Below, piece after piece: positions 1 through 10,012 of a DNA stretch of 64,000 bases. Both the position numbers and the translations under genes were made by a program. Numbering within the stretch: position 1 is the first letter of the stretch; every line of letters starts with the position of its first letter. Below the pieces are notes generated by a model. The model made no database searches. It was not told where the DNA came from and saw only the letters and a list, made by a program, of their open reading frames with translations. The DNA lies in sequence record SRR31156797_1217; one strand, written 5' to 3'.

Positions 1-1
1 C

Positions 2-322
<321 letters not shown>

Positions 323-332
323 AAATGCATGT

Positions 333-373
333 TATATTGCCTCACCTGAAAGCAATCCAGGTGAGGCAATATA
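333..373. terminator. Hairpin terminator between convergent genes
   Basis: Perfect 16-bp inverted repeat tatattgcctcacctg / caggtgaggcaatata. Confidence 0.75.
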
Positions 374-436
374 TCCCATATGTTTCATGAACTTTATATC
401 AATTTGTCATGGGAACCATGAGGATGTTCACCCTGA

Positions 437-787
437 TTAAAAATTGAAGACCTTTGCTTCGGCTGCCATATCTATCAAATGAGGCCCCCCATCCAGAAGC
501 ATATTGGAATGAAAATTTGCTTCATCAAGGTTTCTGTTTTTGGCACAGGGGGTACAAACCCCGCCCTCAACTTCTTTTTCAATAAGATACGGAAGATAGT
601 CATTGGGACAGTCTCCGGTATCAGTCTTGATGCTTCCATCTTGGGCCTTCATTGCCCAATCCACCCCGCTGTCAATTAGAAACAGATTAACCTTATGCCC
701 CTTTGAGTGGGCAATCTTGGCGAACTGAAAGCAACGGGTTGCCTTTTCGTTGTCATTGTGCCGCAGCACAAATAAAAAATTAGCCAT
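437..787 (-). CDS. DsrE family sulfur-relay protein
   Basis: MANFLFVL...KVNLFLIDSGVDWA...VCTPCAKNR...KVFNF; GGAGG RBS upstream of ATG at 787. Confidence 0.8.
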   Translation of the reverse strand: MANFLFVLRHNDNEKATRCFQFAKIAHSKGHKVNLFLIDSGVDWAMKAQDGSIKTDTGDCPNDYLPYLIEKEVEGGVCTPCAKNRNLDEANFHSNMLLDGGPHLIDMAAEAKVFNF

Positions 788-890
788 GCTATCCTCCAGA
801 AAAAAATACATTGTCGACATAAGGTAAGTCACTCAACTTACCTGTTAAATCAGCAGTAACGGACTCTTTGATACCAATATCCGAAAAAGC

Positions 891-908
891 TGACAATATT
901 TATTGTCA
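891..908. promoter_or_regulatory. Palindromic operator candidate upstream of the DsrE gene
   Basis: TGACAATA-tt-TATTGTCA perfect 8-2-8 palindrome. Confidence 0.4.
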
Positions 909-951
909 AACAAATCGATATTAAAAATACCGAAAAAGGAGGTAACGCTGA

Positions 952-1860
952 CTATCGGTTGCATCCACCACAATCTTCCTTACCACAGTCATCAAAGTTG
1001 CAGGGTTCGACATGAATGGTGATATCTGCTCCCTGAACCGTTTTAGCAATTTCTTGTTCCAGTTCATCAGTGAGTTGATGCGCTTTGTCCACGGTAAGAT
1101 ATTTACAGACTGTTAGATGAAAATCGATCAGTTTATGTGATCCTGCTTTTCGGGTACGGAGATTATGAAAATTGTATTTCTTCCCACAATGCTGCTTGAT
1201 AATAGACTCGACCTGCTTGCGTAGCGGCTCAGGCAACTGCTCATCAAGAACCTCCTTGAGACTAAGCCTGATCAATTTCGAAGCCTCATACAATATGTAA
1301 CAGGCCACTAACATGGAAAGCACAGCATCAATCCAGTACAGTCGGAAAAAGACCATCGCTGTTACCCCAGCCAGTAAGGCCAGGTTGGTATACACATCCA
1401 TGGAAAAATGCAGCGAATCTGCTGCCAGGGCAGAGGAATCAGTCTCTTTAGCAACTTTCACAAGATACTTGCTGATCGCCCAGGAAGCGACCACACTAAG
1501 AGCAAGCACTGCAATTCCGCTGCCTAAGCCAGTGGGAGCAGCTCCGGCTGCCAAGCGCCGGATGGATTCAATAAAAATCCATACACCCGACCCGCCGATA
1601 ACAAGTGATTGAACCAAAGTAGCCATGGTCTCAAATTTACCGTGACCATAAGGATGGTTTTCATCTGCCGGCTGCTCTGCCTGACGAATAGCCAAAAAAT
1701 TAACTCCGGACATAAGGATATCAAGCATGGAATCAATGGCTGATGACAAAACAGCCATGGACCCGGTAAGGATTCCCACGGTAAATTTCATAGCAGCCAA
1801 ACTCACTGCCGTTCCAATGGATAATTTAGCTGCCCTAATCTTTTTCCCAGAATTTTTCAT
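952..1860 (-). CDS. Cation diffusion facilitator (FieF-like) metal transporter
   Basis: SSAIDSMLD, PADENHPYGHGKFE, ADSLHFSMD motifs; C-terminal HVEP plus Cys-rich tail. Confidence 0.92.
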   Translation of the reverse strand: MKNSGKKIRAAKLSIGTAVSLAAMKFTVGILTGSMAVLSSAIDSMLDILMSGVNFLAIRQAEQPADENHPYGHGKFETMATLVQSLVIGGSGVWIFIESIRRLAAGAAPTGLGSGIAVLALSVVASWAISKYLVKVAKETDSSALAADSLHFSMDVYTNLALLAGVTAMVFFRLYWIDAVLSMLVACYILYEASKLIRLSLKEVLDEQLPEPLRKQVESIIKQHCGKKYNFHNLRTRKAGSHKLIDFHLTVCKYLTVDKAHQLTDELEQEIAKTVQGADITIHVEPCNFDDCGKEDCGGCNR

Positions 1861-2062
1861 CTTATTCGCCGTCCATTTTTACCATACATGCCCCTTGTCG
1901 GTGCACCCGCATACTCGCCCTTGATTATATCTTTTTTCTTGCTCAGCACCAGAAAGATAATTAATTTTGTATTATTTATTTGCTGAGTTACACCTTCCCT
2001 GCCGCTGCAACCTCTTGAATAAAGGCAGGCACCTACCCTCTCTCCAACAGGAAGCAAACGGT

Positions 2063-3838
2063 ATGGATATCTGGATCACCACCATTATTCTCCTGGCTAC
2101 CCTTTACCTGCTCGTTACTGAAAAAATATCCGTCGCCCTAACCGCCATTGGCATTATCGTACTACTGGTGGTCACCAACATCCTCTCACCCAAAGAAGCG
2201 GTGGCAGGTTTCTCCAATCCAGCGGTTATCACCGTGGGTGCGATGTTTGTGGTAAGCAAGGGCATGATGCGCACCGGCGGGGTAGAGTTTATCAGCCGAA
2301 GGGTGATTACCCTTGCCCGAGGCAGCTTTACAGTCGCCCTGGCAATTATGTTATTTCTGGTTGCAGTGGCATCAGCATTCATCAACAATACGCCGGTGGT
2401 TATTCTGTTTATCCCGGTCGTCATGACCATGTGCTGCGAATATGGCCTTAGTCCTTCAAAATTTTTAATCCCTATTTCTTACGCGTCCATCCTTGCCGGT
2501 ACCTGTACCCTGATAGGCACATCTACCAATATTATCATCAGTGACCTGAGCGCAGCATATGGATACGATCCGCTGTCCATGTTTGAATTATCCATTATCG
2601 GTGTCCCAATAGCCATGGTAGGTATCCTCTTTCTTCTTATTGCCGCCCCAAGAACGCTGCCAGCTCTTGCAAATCCAGTATGCCAGCTCCAAAATACTGA
2701 ACACCGTAAATACCTTGCCGAGCTGCTAGTGCCAGAAAGCAGCTCGCTTATCGGCAGATCACCTGCAAATATTTTCAAACGTAACTACTCGTCGCTCAAT
2801 GTACTGGAGCTTATTTCTCGTTCTCACATTTACCACCCTGAACGGGACCAGAAGGTTATCTCCGCAGGTGATATCTTACTGGTGAAAGGGTCGCTAAACG
2901 ACTTGGTCGACATTCTTCATAGAGAAGAGGTGGAACTGCCAACAACAGAAAAAGGATTAACCCTTGGCGCACAAAAAGACGCCCCAATTGTGGTTGAACT
3001 GATAATACCACCCCATTCTCCCCTCTGTAACCAGCGGCTGCACAATACTGATCTGGCCGGTGATTCTGGAGTGAATATCATTGCCGTGAAAAGGAGCAAT
3101 CTTCACATAAGCGAGCATCAAATTCAGGATGTGCTCCTCAAAACCGGGGATGTGCTCCTCATCTGGTGCAATGACAGCAAACTCGCCACTATCCGTACCA
3201 ACACCGATTTCCTGGTTATTGAAGATGTCTACGAAGAGCTTATTCACAAGCGAAAGGCAGCATGGTCAATTATCAATTTTATAGGTATGGTGGGGACTGC
3301 CACCCTAGGGCTAGCCGATATAATGACCTGCGCCCTGACAGCTGCCTTTCTCATGATCGTCACCGGCTGCCTGCAAATGCGGGACGCCTACAAAGCATTG
3401 CAAGGTGAAGTACTCCTGTTAATTGCAGGCACCATTGCCCTAGGGGCTGCCATGCAGAAGACAGGTACCAGTCAGCTCTATGCAGAGGCATTTCTGGGTC
3501 TTTTTGCAAACTTCTCCCCTGTTGTAGTGCTTGGAGCAATTATCCTGCTTACCTCCATCAGCACCCAGATTCTCAGTAATAATGCCACTGCTGTCCTGCT
3601 CTTGCCTATCGCCATTTCCACTGCTCTTGGTATTGGAGTTGACCCAAAACCATTTATTATCGGCGTCTGTTTTGGAGCAAGCGCCTGCTTTGCGACCCCT
3701 GTGGGCTACCAGACCAACTTGCTGGTCTACGGCCCAGGTGGCTACAGTTTCAAGGATTATCTAAAGCTCGGCATCCCGCTAAATATTTTTGTGGTCATGG
3801 CAGGCATGTGTACGATTCCTTTTTTCTGGCCCTTTTAA
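2063..3838 (+). CDS. SLC13/DASS family permease with TrkA-C (RCK_C) domains
   Basis: GFSNPAVIT, SAFINNTPVV, GTCTLIGTSTN, LSNNATA, FATPVGYQTN...GPGGY; central soluble domains; start set to ATG 2063. Confidence 0.9.
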   Translation: MDIWITTIILLATLYLLVTEKISVALTAIGIIVLLVVTNILSPKEAVAGFSNPAVITVGAMFVVSKGMMRTGGVEFISRRVITLARGSFTVALAIMLFLVAVASAFINNTPVVILFIPVVMTMCCEYGLSPSKFLIPISYASILAGTCTLIGTSTNIIISDLSAAYGYDPLSMFELSIIGVPIAMVGILFLLIAAPRTLPALANPVCQLQNTEHRKYLAELLVPESSSLIGRSPANIFKRNYSSLNVLELISRSHIYHPERDQKVISAGDILLVKGSLNDLVDILHREEVELPTTEKGLTLGAQKDAPIVVELIIPPHSPLCNQRLHNTDLAGDSGVNIIAVKRSNLHISEHQIQDVLLKTGDVLLIWCNDSKLATIRTNTDFLVIEDVYEELIHKRKAAWSIINFIGMVGTATLGLADIMTCALTAAFLMIVTGCLQMRDAYKALQGEVLLLIAGTIALGAAMQKTGTSQLYAEAFLGLFANFSPVVVLGAIILLTSISTQILSNNATAVLLLPIAISTALGIGVDPKPFIIGVCFGASACFATPVGYQTNLLVYGPGGYSFKDYLKLGIPLNIFVVMAGMCTIPFFWPF

Positions 3839-3957
3839 AAAGAGAATTTTTTATACTGGAAAAGCTTGCATAAAATATGTTAGCTGCCCTGAAAAATGAT
3901 ATGATACAGAACTTTTTTTACGTTCCCCTTAACAATATACGCAGAGAACAACATATT

Positions 3958-4578
3958 ATGATTCCTGTACTTGATATCTATTCAGACTACATCTGACCCT
4001 GGTGTTATTTCATTACCGGGTGTATTGAAAAACTGACACAAGAATATGCGCTCACCGTTCGCTGGCGTCCCTTCCCCCTCCATCCTGACACTCCAACAGA
4101 GGGCATGGCCCTTGAGCAGCTCTTTGCCAGCTCCAGCGCTGCTATCAAAGCGATGGTCCAACAACAACGCCAGACAGCACGTGAACTTGGTCTACCTTTT
4201 GGAGACCGAACCATGACCTTTAACAGCCGCCTGGCACAAGAGACAGGACTATGGGCAGAGGCGCAAGGTAAAGGGTCTCCCTTTCACAAGGCCGCTTTTC
4301 TTGCTTACTTCAGAGACGGCCAGAACCTGGCACGGCCAGATATCCTCATCAAACTTGCAGCTGAAAGTGGACTGCCGGCCCATGATACAGGTAAGGTTAT
4401 AGAAACAAGAACGTACGCTAAAGCGGTTGAGAATGACTGGCAGGAATCAAGATTGCTCGGTATAACGGCTGTACCGACGTTGGTCTTTGCAGGTCAACGC
4501 CTTACCGGTTACCAGAGCTACGACCGTCTTGAGCACTTAGTAAGCTCCAAGGGAGCAGCAAAACGAAACAACAGGTAA
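3958..4578 (+). CDS. DsbA/FrnE family thiol oxidoreductase, selenoprotein (UPWC; Sec at TGA 3994-3996), 206 aa
   Basis: ATG 3958 is in frame with ORF 4105-4578: MIPVLDIYSDYI-U-PWCYF...WRPFPLHP...GITAVPT; TGA sits at the first Cys of CPWC. Confidence 0.88.
4008..4030 (+). promoter_or_regulatory. Bacterial SECIS-like hairpin
   Basis: UUUCAUUAC-[CGGGU]-GUAUUGAAA starting after an 11-nt spacer from the UGA; G at loop position 2. Confidence 0.65.
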
Positions 4579-4630
4579 ACTTCAATACCAAAAATATGCC
4601 GACGATTGCCCGCATGCGCCCCAGTAAATC

Positions 4631-5809
4631 ATGACCGAAAAAATACATATCGCCACTCGACTGATCAAAGAAGAAGAACGCTTTGACACTGTAGGTGGTA
4701 AAGCAACCAAGACAATAAACCCCGCAATGTACACAGGATCGACAGTCCTGTTTGACAATTGCGAAGATCTGACCCTTGCCAATGCAGGAGAGTACCCCGG
4801 CATCGTCTATGGTACCGACCGATTACCGCCCCAACGCTCCTTTGAAAAAAAAATGCAGGAACTGGAAGGCAGTACCCTGACCAGAGCCTTTCCATCCGGC
4901 ATCAGCGCTATTATTAACACCCTGCTTACCTTTACCTCCAGCGGGGACCATGTACTGATCTGCGACAATGTTTATGGACCAACAGCCAGTTTCTGCAACA
5001 AAATCCTTAGCAAATACGATGTTGCGATTGGTTTTATTCCGCCTGACATCGGCAACAACATCGTAGAGTATCTCCAACCCAACACCCGACTCATCTACCT
5101 TGAATCACCTGGCTCAAATACCTTTGAACTGCAGGACATTCCTGCAATCACAAAAGAAGCCACCAAAAGAGACATTATAACAGTACTGGACAACACTTGG
5201 GCCACGCCGCTTTTCCTCGATCCCTTTGCCCTTGGCGTGGATATTATAATTCAATCTGTTACCAAATACCTCAGCGGTCATTCTGATGTTCTTTTGGGTA
5301 CAGTGAGCGTCAACCAGCGCTATGCAGAAGAATTTGACTCCTTCTATCAGGCAATGGAGACATTTGCACCACCCCAGGATTGCTACCTGGCTCTGCGCGG
5401 GCTGAAAACCCTGCCTGTTCGTCTGGCACATCACCACCAGGCCGCATTGATGATTGCCAAATGGCTTGAACAACAGCCTTTTGTAGAAAGTGTGCTCCAC
5501 CCAGCCTTGCCAAGTCATCCGCAGCATCACCTGTGGCAAAGAGATTTCAGCGGCTCGTCGGGTCTATTTGCTTTTCTGGTCAACAGAGAATGGGAAGGCC
5601 CTCTGCTGCCCCAATTCGTTGACAGTCTGGATTTATTTGGGATTGGCTACAGCTGGGGAGGATACAAAAGCCTGGTTACCATTGGCTGCAGCAAGCGGCG
5701 CAAACAATGCGACTATACAGACCGTACTGTTATCCGTCTCAATGTCGGCTTGGAAGATCCTGGAGATTTAATCAATGACCTGAAAAAAGGGTTCAGGATT
5801 TTTCATTAA
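4631..5809 (+). CDS. metC: Cystathionine beta-lyase (PLP trans-sulfuration family)
   Basis: YLESPGSNTFE, DNTWATP, SVTKYLSGHSD (PLP Lys), GYSWGGY. Confidence 0.88.
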   Translation: MTEKIHIATRLIKEEERFDTVGGKATKTINPAMYTGSTVLFDNCEDLTLANAGEYPGIVYGTDRLPPQRSFEKKMQELEGSTLTRAFPSGISAIINTLLTFTSSGDHVLICDNVYGPTASFCNKILSKYDVAIGFIPPDIGNNIVEYLQPNTRLIYLESPGSNTFELQDIPAITKEATKRDIITVLDNTWATPLFLDPFALGVDIIIQSVTKYLSGHSDVLLGTVSVNQRYAEEFDSFYQAMETFAPPQDCYLALRGLKTLPVRLAHHHQAALMIAKWLEQQPFVESVLHPALPSHPQHHLWQRDFSGSSGLFAFLVNREWEGPLLPQFVDSLDLFGIGYSWGGYKSLVTIGCSKRRKQCDYTDRTVIRLNVGLEDPGDLINDLKKGFRIFH

Positions 5810-5913
5810 GTATGTTATAGAGATATGTGCTGAACGCTTTGCTTTTTTAGATTATTGATTTATAGTGTTGCGTACTACAAAGCTTTGTTTTTCAATTTAT
5901 TAAGGAGGAAACA

Positions 5914-6087
5914 ATGTCACAGGAAACCAAGAAATCTGTATGTCCCACCTGCCAGGGAAAAGGTGTAATTGATGGTGTATGTGAAACCAGCGGAGAATGG
6001 CAAGGTAATGATACCGCTGACGGTCAGGTATGTACCCCTGATCAGAAATGTCCTACCTGCAACGGAACAGGGTATGTAGAAGAATAA
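5914..6087 (+). CDS. Small 57-aa protein with two DnaJ-type CxxCxGxG zinc-finger motifs (below ORF-track cutoff)
   Basis: AAGGAGG RBS; MSQETKKSVCPTCQGKGVIDGVCETSGEWQGNDTADGQVCTPDQKCPTCNGTGYVEE*. Confidence 0.85.
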   Translation: MSQETKKSVCPTCQGKGVIDGVCETSGEWQGNDTADGQVCTPDQKCPTCNGTGYVEE

Positions 6088-6242
6088 CTGTTTTTATTGA
6101 ACGGCTCTTGCGTACCAGCACCGCGAATGGGGCTTGGGGGCAGGAAGCAACAGACCGGATTACCAAGTACTATTACAGCACAGGCAATCCGGTTTTTATT
6201 TTATCCCGTCCGCATTTCATTGCATTCCCTGATCAATCAGGA

Positions 6243-7247
6243 TTAAATAATTTTTGATTGCTCCATGTGCAGTACCAAATCCAGCATACGGTTGGAATAC
6301 CCCCACTCGTTATCATACCAGCTCATTATCTTCACACTCTTACCAAGGACACGGGTGCACAGACCATCCACTATTGAAGAATGTGGATCACCTTGAAAGT
6401 CAATGGATACCAGCGGATCCTCGGTATATCGCAGATACCTGTTTGCCGCAGTTGCCAAGGCATTGTTGACTTCGGGCACCGTCACTTCGCGCTCCACCTC
6501 AATGACCACATCCACAAGTGACACATCCGGTGTGGGAACCCTCACTGCAAGACCGTCAAACTTATTTTTTAATTCTGGAATAACCAGAGAAACCGCAGCA
6601 GCCGCTCCTGTTTTGGTCGGCACCATAGACATGCCAGCTGCACGTGCTCGTCGTAGATCGGAATGGGGTGAGTCCAGCAATCGCTGATCTCCTGTATAGG
6701 CATGCACGGTTGTCATCAGCCCTCGATGAATGCCGAAATTATCAAGGATAACCTGGGCTACAGGAGCCAAACAGTTCGTGGTGCAGGACGCATTTGAGAC
6801 CACATGGTGCAAGGTGGTATCATATTCATCTTCGTTGACTCCCATGACAAGAGTTTTAACCTTTCCTTTTGCAGGGGCAGAAATGATAACCTTGGCGGCC
6901 CCACCGTCAATATGTGCTGCTGCAGAGTCGTAGTCACGAAACAGCCCAGTACATTCGAGAACATATTCAGTTCCGTACTCGCCCCATGGTATGTCCTTGG
7001 GAGACCTGTGCCCGGTTACAGGAATAGAGCGGCCATCGACCACAATACTGTTTTCAGCAGCCTTAACCTCTTTCTCATAGACCCCCATGACTGAGTCATA
7101 CTTTATAAGGTGTGCGAGGGTCTTTACATCAGTCAAATCATTTATGCCGACAACCTCAATATCAGCAAATAATCCATCTTTACTGAGCGCTCGAAAGATA
7201 TTACGCCCGATCCTGCCAAACCCGTTAATCCCGATCTTAATGCTCAT
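6243..7247 (-). CDS. gap: Glyceraldehyde-3-phosphate dehydrogenase, type I
   Basis: GINGFGRIGR, SNASCTTNCLAP, WYDNEWGYS. Confidence 0.97.
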   Translation of the reverse strand: MSIKIGINGFGRIGRNIFRALSKDGLFADIEVVGINDLTDVKTLAHLIKYDSVMGVYEKEVKAAENSIVVDGRSIPVTGHRSPKDIPWGEYGTEYVLECTGLFRDYDSAAAHIDGGAAKVIISAPAKGKVKTLVMGVNEDEYDTTLHHVVSNASCTTNCLAPVAQVILDNFGIHRGLMTTVHAYTGDQRLLDSPHSDLRRARAAGMSMVPTKTGAAAAVSLVIPELKNKFDGLAVRVPTPDVSLVDVVIEVEREVTVPEVNNALATAANRYLRYTEDPLVSIDFQGDPHSSIVDGLCTRVLGKSVKIMSWYDNEWGYSNRMLDLVLHMEQSKII

Positions 7248-7369
7248 CTTTTTTCTCCTTTGTAGCCAAGCAATACTCTGCTCATTATCCGGTATAAAAA
7301 GCTACCGACAACCATCTTGTTTCAATGGAAATTAAACAAAGTTACTAAAGAGGTAATCAATTCCCCTGA

Positions 7370-8284
7370 CTATTGGGCACTCTTGCCAAATTGCTCATCA
7401 ATTTCACTTATAATAGCTTCAAGCTGTATCAATTTAATAGTAGCTTCCTGACATTGCTTGTCAATTTGCAAGGCACGTCTAAATATTGCCTGTGATTGAT
7501 GATACCATTGACTCCTGAAATAACTATTGGCAGCAGTGCAGAAACCATAAGACGCATTACCGCAAAACATATCATCAAAAATAGACTCTAGTGATTCTCC
7601 CCATATTTCGCTGACGACTTCCTCTTTTTCAATAAGAAGCCTGACAACGAGTTCATTCTCTGCAAATGATGGCATCATAAGCCGTAGAAGGTAAATAGCC
7701 CTCCCAAACGACAGGGCTATTCGCTCCACCTGCTGCTCGGTATCGACGGCTATCCTCCTGAACACCTCAGGGGTATCTATCACCTTAGACAAAAGGAAAG
7801 ACTGGGTACCATAAGCCATTCTTTCCGAGCCTGTATCCTGGTCAGCAGGAAAAACAGACGGCCCGTAATTGTTCAGCAGATAAAGATTTTCTTTCAGCTT
7901 CATCGCTTCGTGAAAGAGAGAGCCGATAAGCCAGTCAACCAGAGAGCCAAGGACATTTTTCTGCCTTTCACTCTCCGGCCAAACAGTATGACAGAGATCT
8001 TTGAGCCTCCATAAAAGCCCCCTGCAGGTTTCTGCGCCCAGCATGGTTGTCAGCTGTTCGAGAAGCCGAGTCCGAAGAGCAATGGTTGTTGTCTGCGACA
8101 GATCTTTTGTCTCCAAAGATGCAAAATGATAGCTGTGGCAAAAATCCTGATAGAGATCATAATACAGTCCATATGCCTGGAAAAATTCGCTGATAACCTG
8201 ACGAATGAAAAACTTGCGACGCTTTTCCAGCCACGGTGTCCGTAATTGAGATGCGGAGGTCTCTGCGGCATATTGGAGATTCAC
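7370..8284 (-). CDS. Hypothetical protein with C-terminal TPR-like helix pair
   Basis: 304-aa ORF overlapping the glgA stop (GTGA); LWRLKDLCH, IGSLFHEAMKLKENLY. Confidence 0.75.
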   Translation of the reverse strand: MNLQYAAETSASQLRTPWLEKRRKFFIRQVISEFFQAYGLYYDLYQDFCHSYHFASLETKDLSQTTTIALRTRLLEQLTTMLGAETCRGLLWRLKDLCHTVWPESERQKNVLGSLVDWLIGSLFHEAMKLKENLYLLNNYGPSVFPADQDTGSERMAYGTQSFLLSKVIDTPEVFRRIAVDTEQQVERIALSFGRAIYLLRLMMPSFAENELVVRLLIEKEEVVSEIWGESLESIFDDMFCGNASYGFCTAANSYFRSQWYHQSQAIFRRALQIDKQCQEATIKLIQLEAIISEIDEQFGKSAQ

Positions 8285-9972
8285 TGTCCAGTCCCCACCG
8301 TTAGTCCTTGGGCCTGCTCATAGAGCAAAATATATTCACTCATCACATCCTGCCAGGTATGACAGGCATAAATATTCTTCACTGCTGCCTGTTGCATGCG
8401 TAAATGCTTTCCAGGTTGATCGTAGACCGTGAGTGCTCTTTCCATGGCGTTAATTAACCCCTGGGAACTATTTTTCTGGTAAGCAAAGCCTGTTTCACCG
8501 TCAAGAACCTTCACCAGCCCACCTACATGGTGAACAATGGGCAGATTCCCCAACAGTTGAGCAATATAATCGGTTAATCCACACGGCTCGTACAATGATG
8601 GAATAAGAAAAAAATCTCCGGCTGCATAGATCTTCGTGGCCAGAGCCGAATCAAACCCTTTTAAGAAACAAAACCGGCCCGTTACGCCTGAACGTTCAGC
8701 AAGTGACTGAAGTTCTTCCTCCACCTGGCTCTCCCCGGAGCCTAAAATAAGCAGTTGTGCCTCTTCTCGTTTGTCCCAAAACCATGGGATGCAATCCAAG
8801 ACAATATCGATTCCCTTCTGCCCGGTAAGGCGTCCGATAAAGGTAAAAAGCGGAACCTTCGGAGCAGGAGCAAGATGACCAAACTGCTCTACATACTCCC
8901 ATTGCCTCAATTGACTAGTTTGTGACAACAGGTCATTTTTACACGCCAACTTCCCTGCAAGATCACCCCGGAGTACATCAAAGGAGGCGGCCAGTCCTAG
9001 CTTTTGCGGATTAACGGGGTCAAAAGTTGCCGGATCTATTCCATTGGTAACGCCTCTCAGCTCGACCTTTCTGTCTTTCAATGCGTGACCGAGCCACCCC
9101 GTACGAGCATCTTCTGTCGTCTCCTGAAGCTCACGTCCATAGTTCTCACTGACAGTATTGAGGACAGCATAATCAGCAGCCACTAAAAAGGGATCAAGGC
9201 ACTTACCAAGCAGATTCTCCTGGATAATATTTTCCGGCAGCCCGGTTACAGCCCTGGCAAAATCGAGGTCTTCTATCTCCTGGTGATAACCAAGACCTGC
9301 ATTATGTACAGTTACAACTGCACCTGTATGGCGAAAGAAATGCCTGTAACCGCTATTTTCTCGCATCATAGCCGGCAGAATTGCAGCATGTCCATCCTGA
9401 CAATGGACCACCCATGGAGCATCGTTGCTGAGGATCATCATTTCAAGGGATGCCTTTTGGAGCAGTATATTCATGGCAAAATAATCGTAATGCCCACTCC
9501 CCTGCTTCTGCCAGGATACGTCCTGTTGTTCCTCGTTGGTATATGTATAGACTCCCAGTTTTTCTCCAAACCGTTCAGCCTCAACCAGATAGACGCTCAC
9601 ACCGTTTATCACCTGCAACCAGATAGCTACCATTTCCCGGCGTTCCTGCCCCGGATAATCCATGTCCACAGTAAAACAGCTCTCAAACCGTCGCCCACAA
9701 ATAACTCCACCTTTGGTTCCAGAGATAGTAAGCGGGCTGAAACCAAACTGCTCAGGGTCCATGAAACCGTACCTGGGCAACATCACTCGAACCGGATAGC
9801 CCCCTTCTCCTGCAAGGAATTCTGCCAACTGGCGGCAGACATCTTTGACTCCGCCTGCTCCGGCGAGGCCGTCGTATTCTCGACTCACCATCCAAATGGT
9901 GGCGTCAGTGTGTATGTTCTGTTCAATCTTCACAGGTATACTCGATCGCGTATTTTCAACATTTGTTTTCAC
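8281..9972 (-). CDS. glgA: Glycogen/starch synthase (GT5)
   Basis: AGGVKDV, HCQDGHAA, NTVS, NGID, GRLTGQKG, PSLYEPCGLT, VGGL. Confidence 0.88.
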   Translation of the reverse strand: MKTNVENTRSSIPVKIEQNIHTDATIWMVSREYDGLAGAGGVKDVCRQLAEFLAGEGGYPVRVMLPRYGFMDPEQFGFSPLTISGTKGGVICGRRFESCFTVDMDYPGQERREMVAIWLQVINGVSVYLVEAERFGEKLGVYTYTNEEQQDVSWQKQGSGHYDYFAMNILLQKASLEMMILSNDAPWVVHCQDGHAAILPAMMRENSGYRHFFRHTGAVVTVHNAGLGYHQEIEDLDFARAVTGLPENIIQENLLGKCLDPFLVAADYAVLNTVSENYGRELQETTEDARTGWLGHALKDRKVELRGVTNGIDPATFDPVNPQKLGLAASFDVLRGDLAGKLACKNDLLSQTSQLRQWEYVEQFGHLAPAPKVPLFTFIGRLTGQKGIDIVLDCIPWFWDKREEAQLLILGSGESQVEEELQSLAERSGVTGRFCFLKGFDSALATKIYAAGDFFLIPSLYEPCGLTDYIAQLLGNLPIVHHVGGLVKVLDGETGFAYQKNSSQGLINAMERALTVYDQPGKHLRMQQAAVKNIYACHTWQDVMSEYILLYEQAQGLTVGTGQ

Positions 9973-10012
9973 TGTTTAATCGGCAAGGATATTACCCAAA
10001 AGGCAGCCGAAA

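Noticed and set aside
4105-4578. 157-aa ORF as called, or a pseudogene interpretation
   Set aside because: Better explained as the 3' part of a Sec-containing gene starting at 3958
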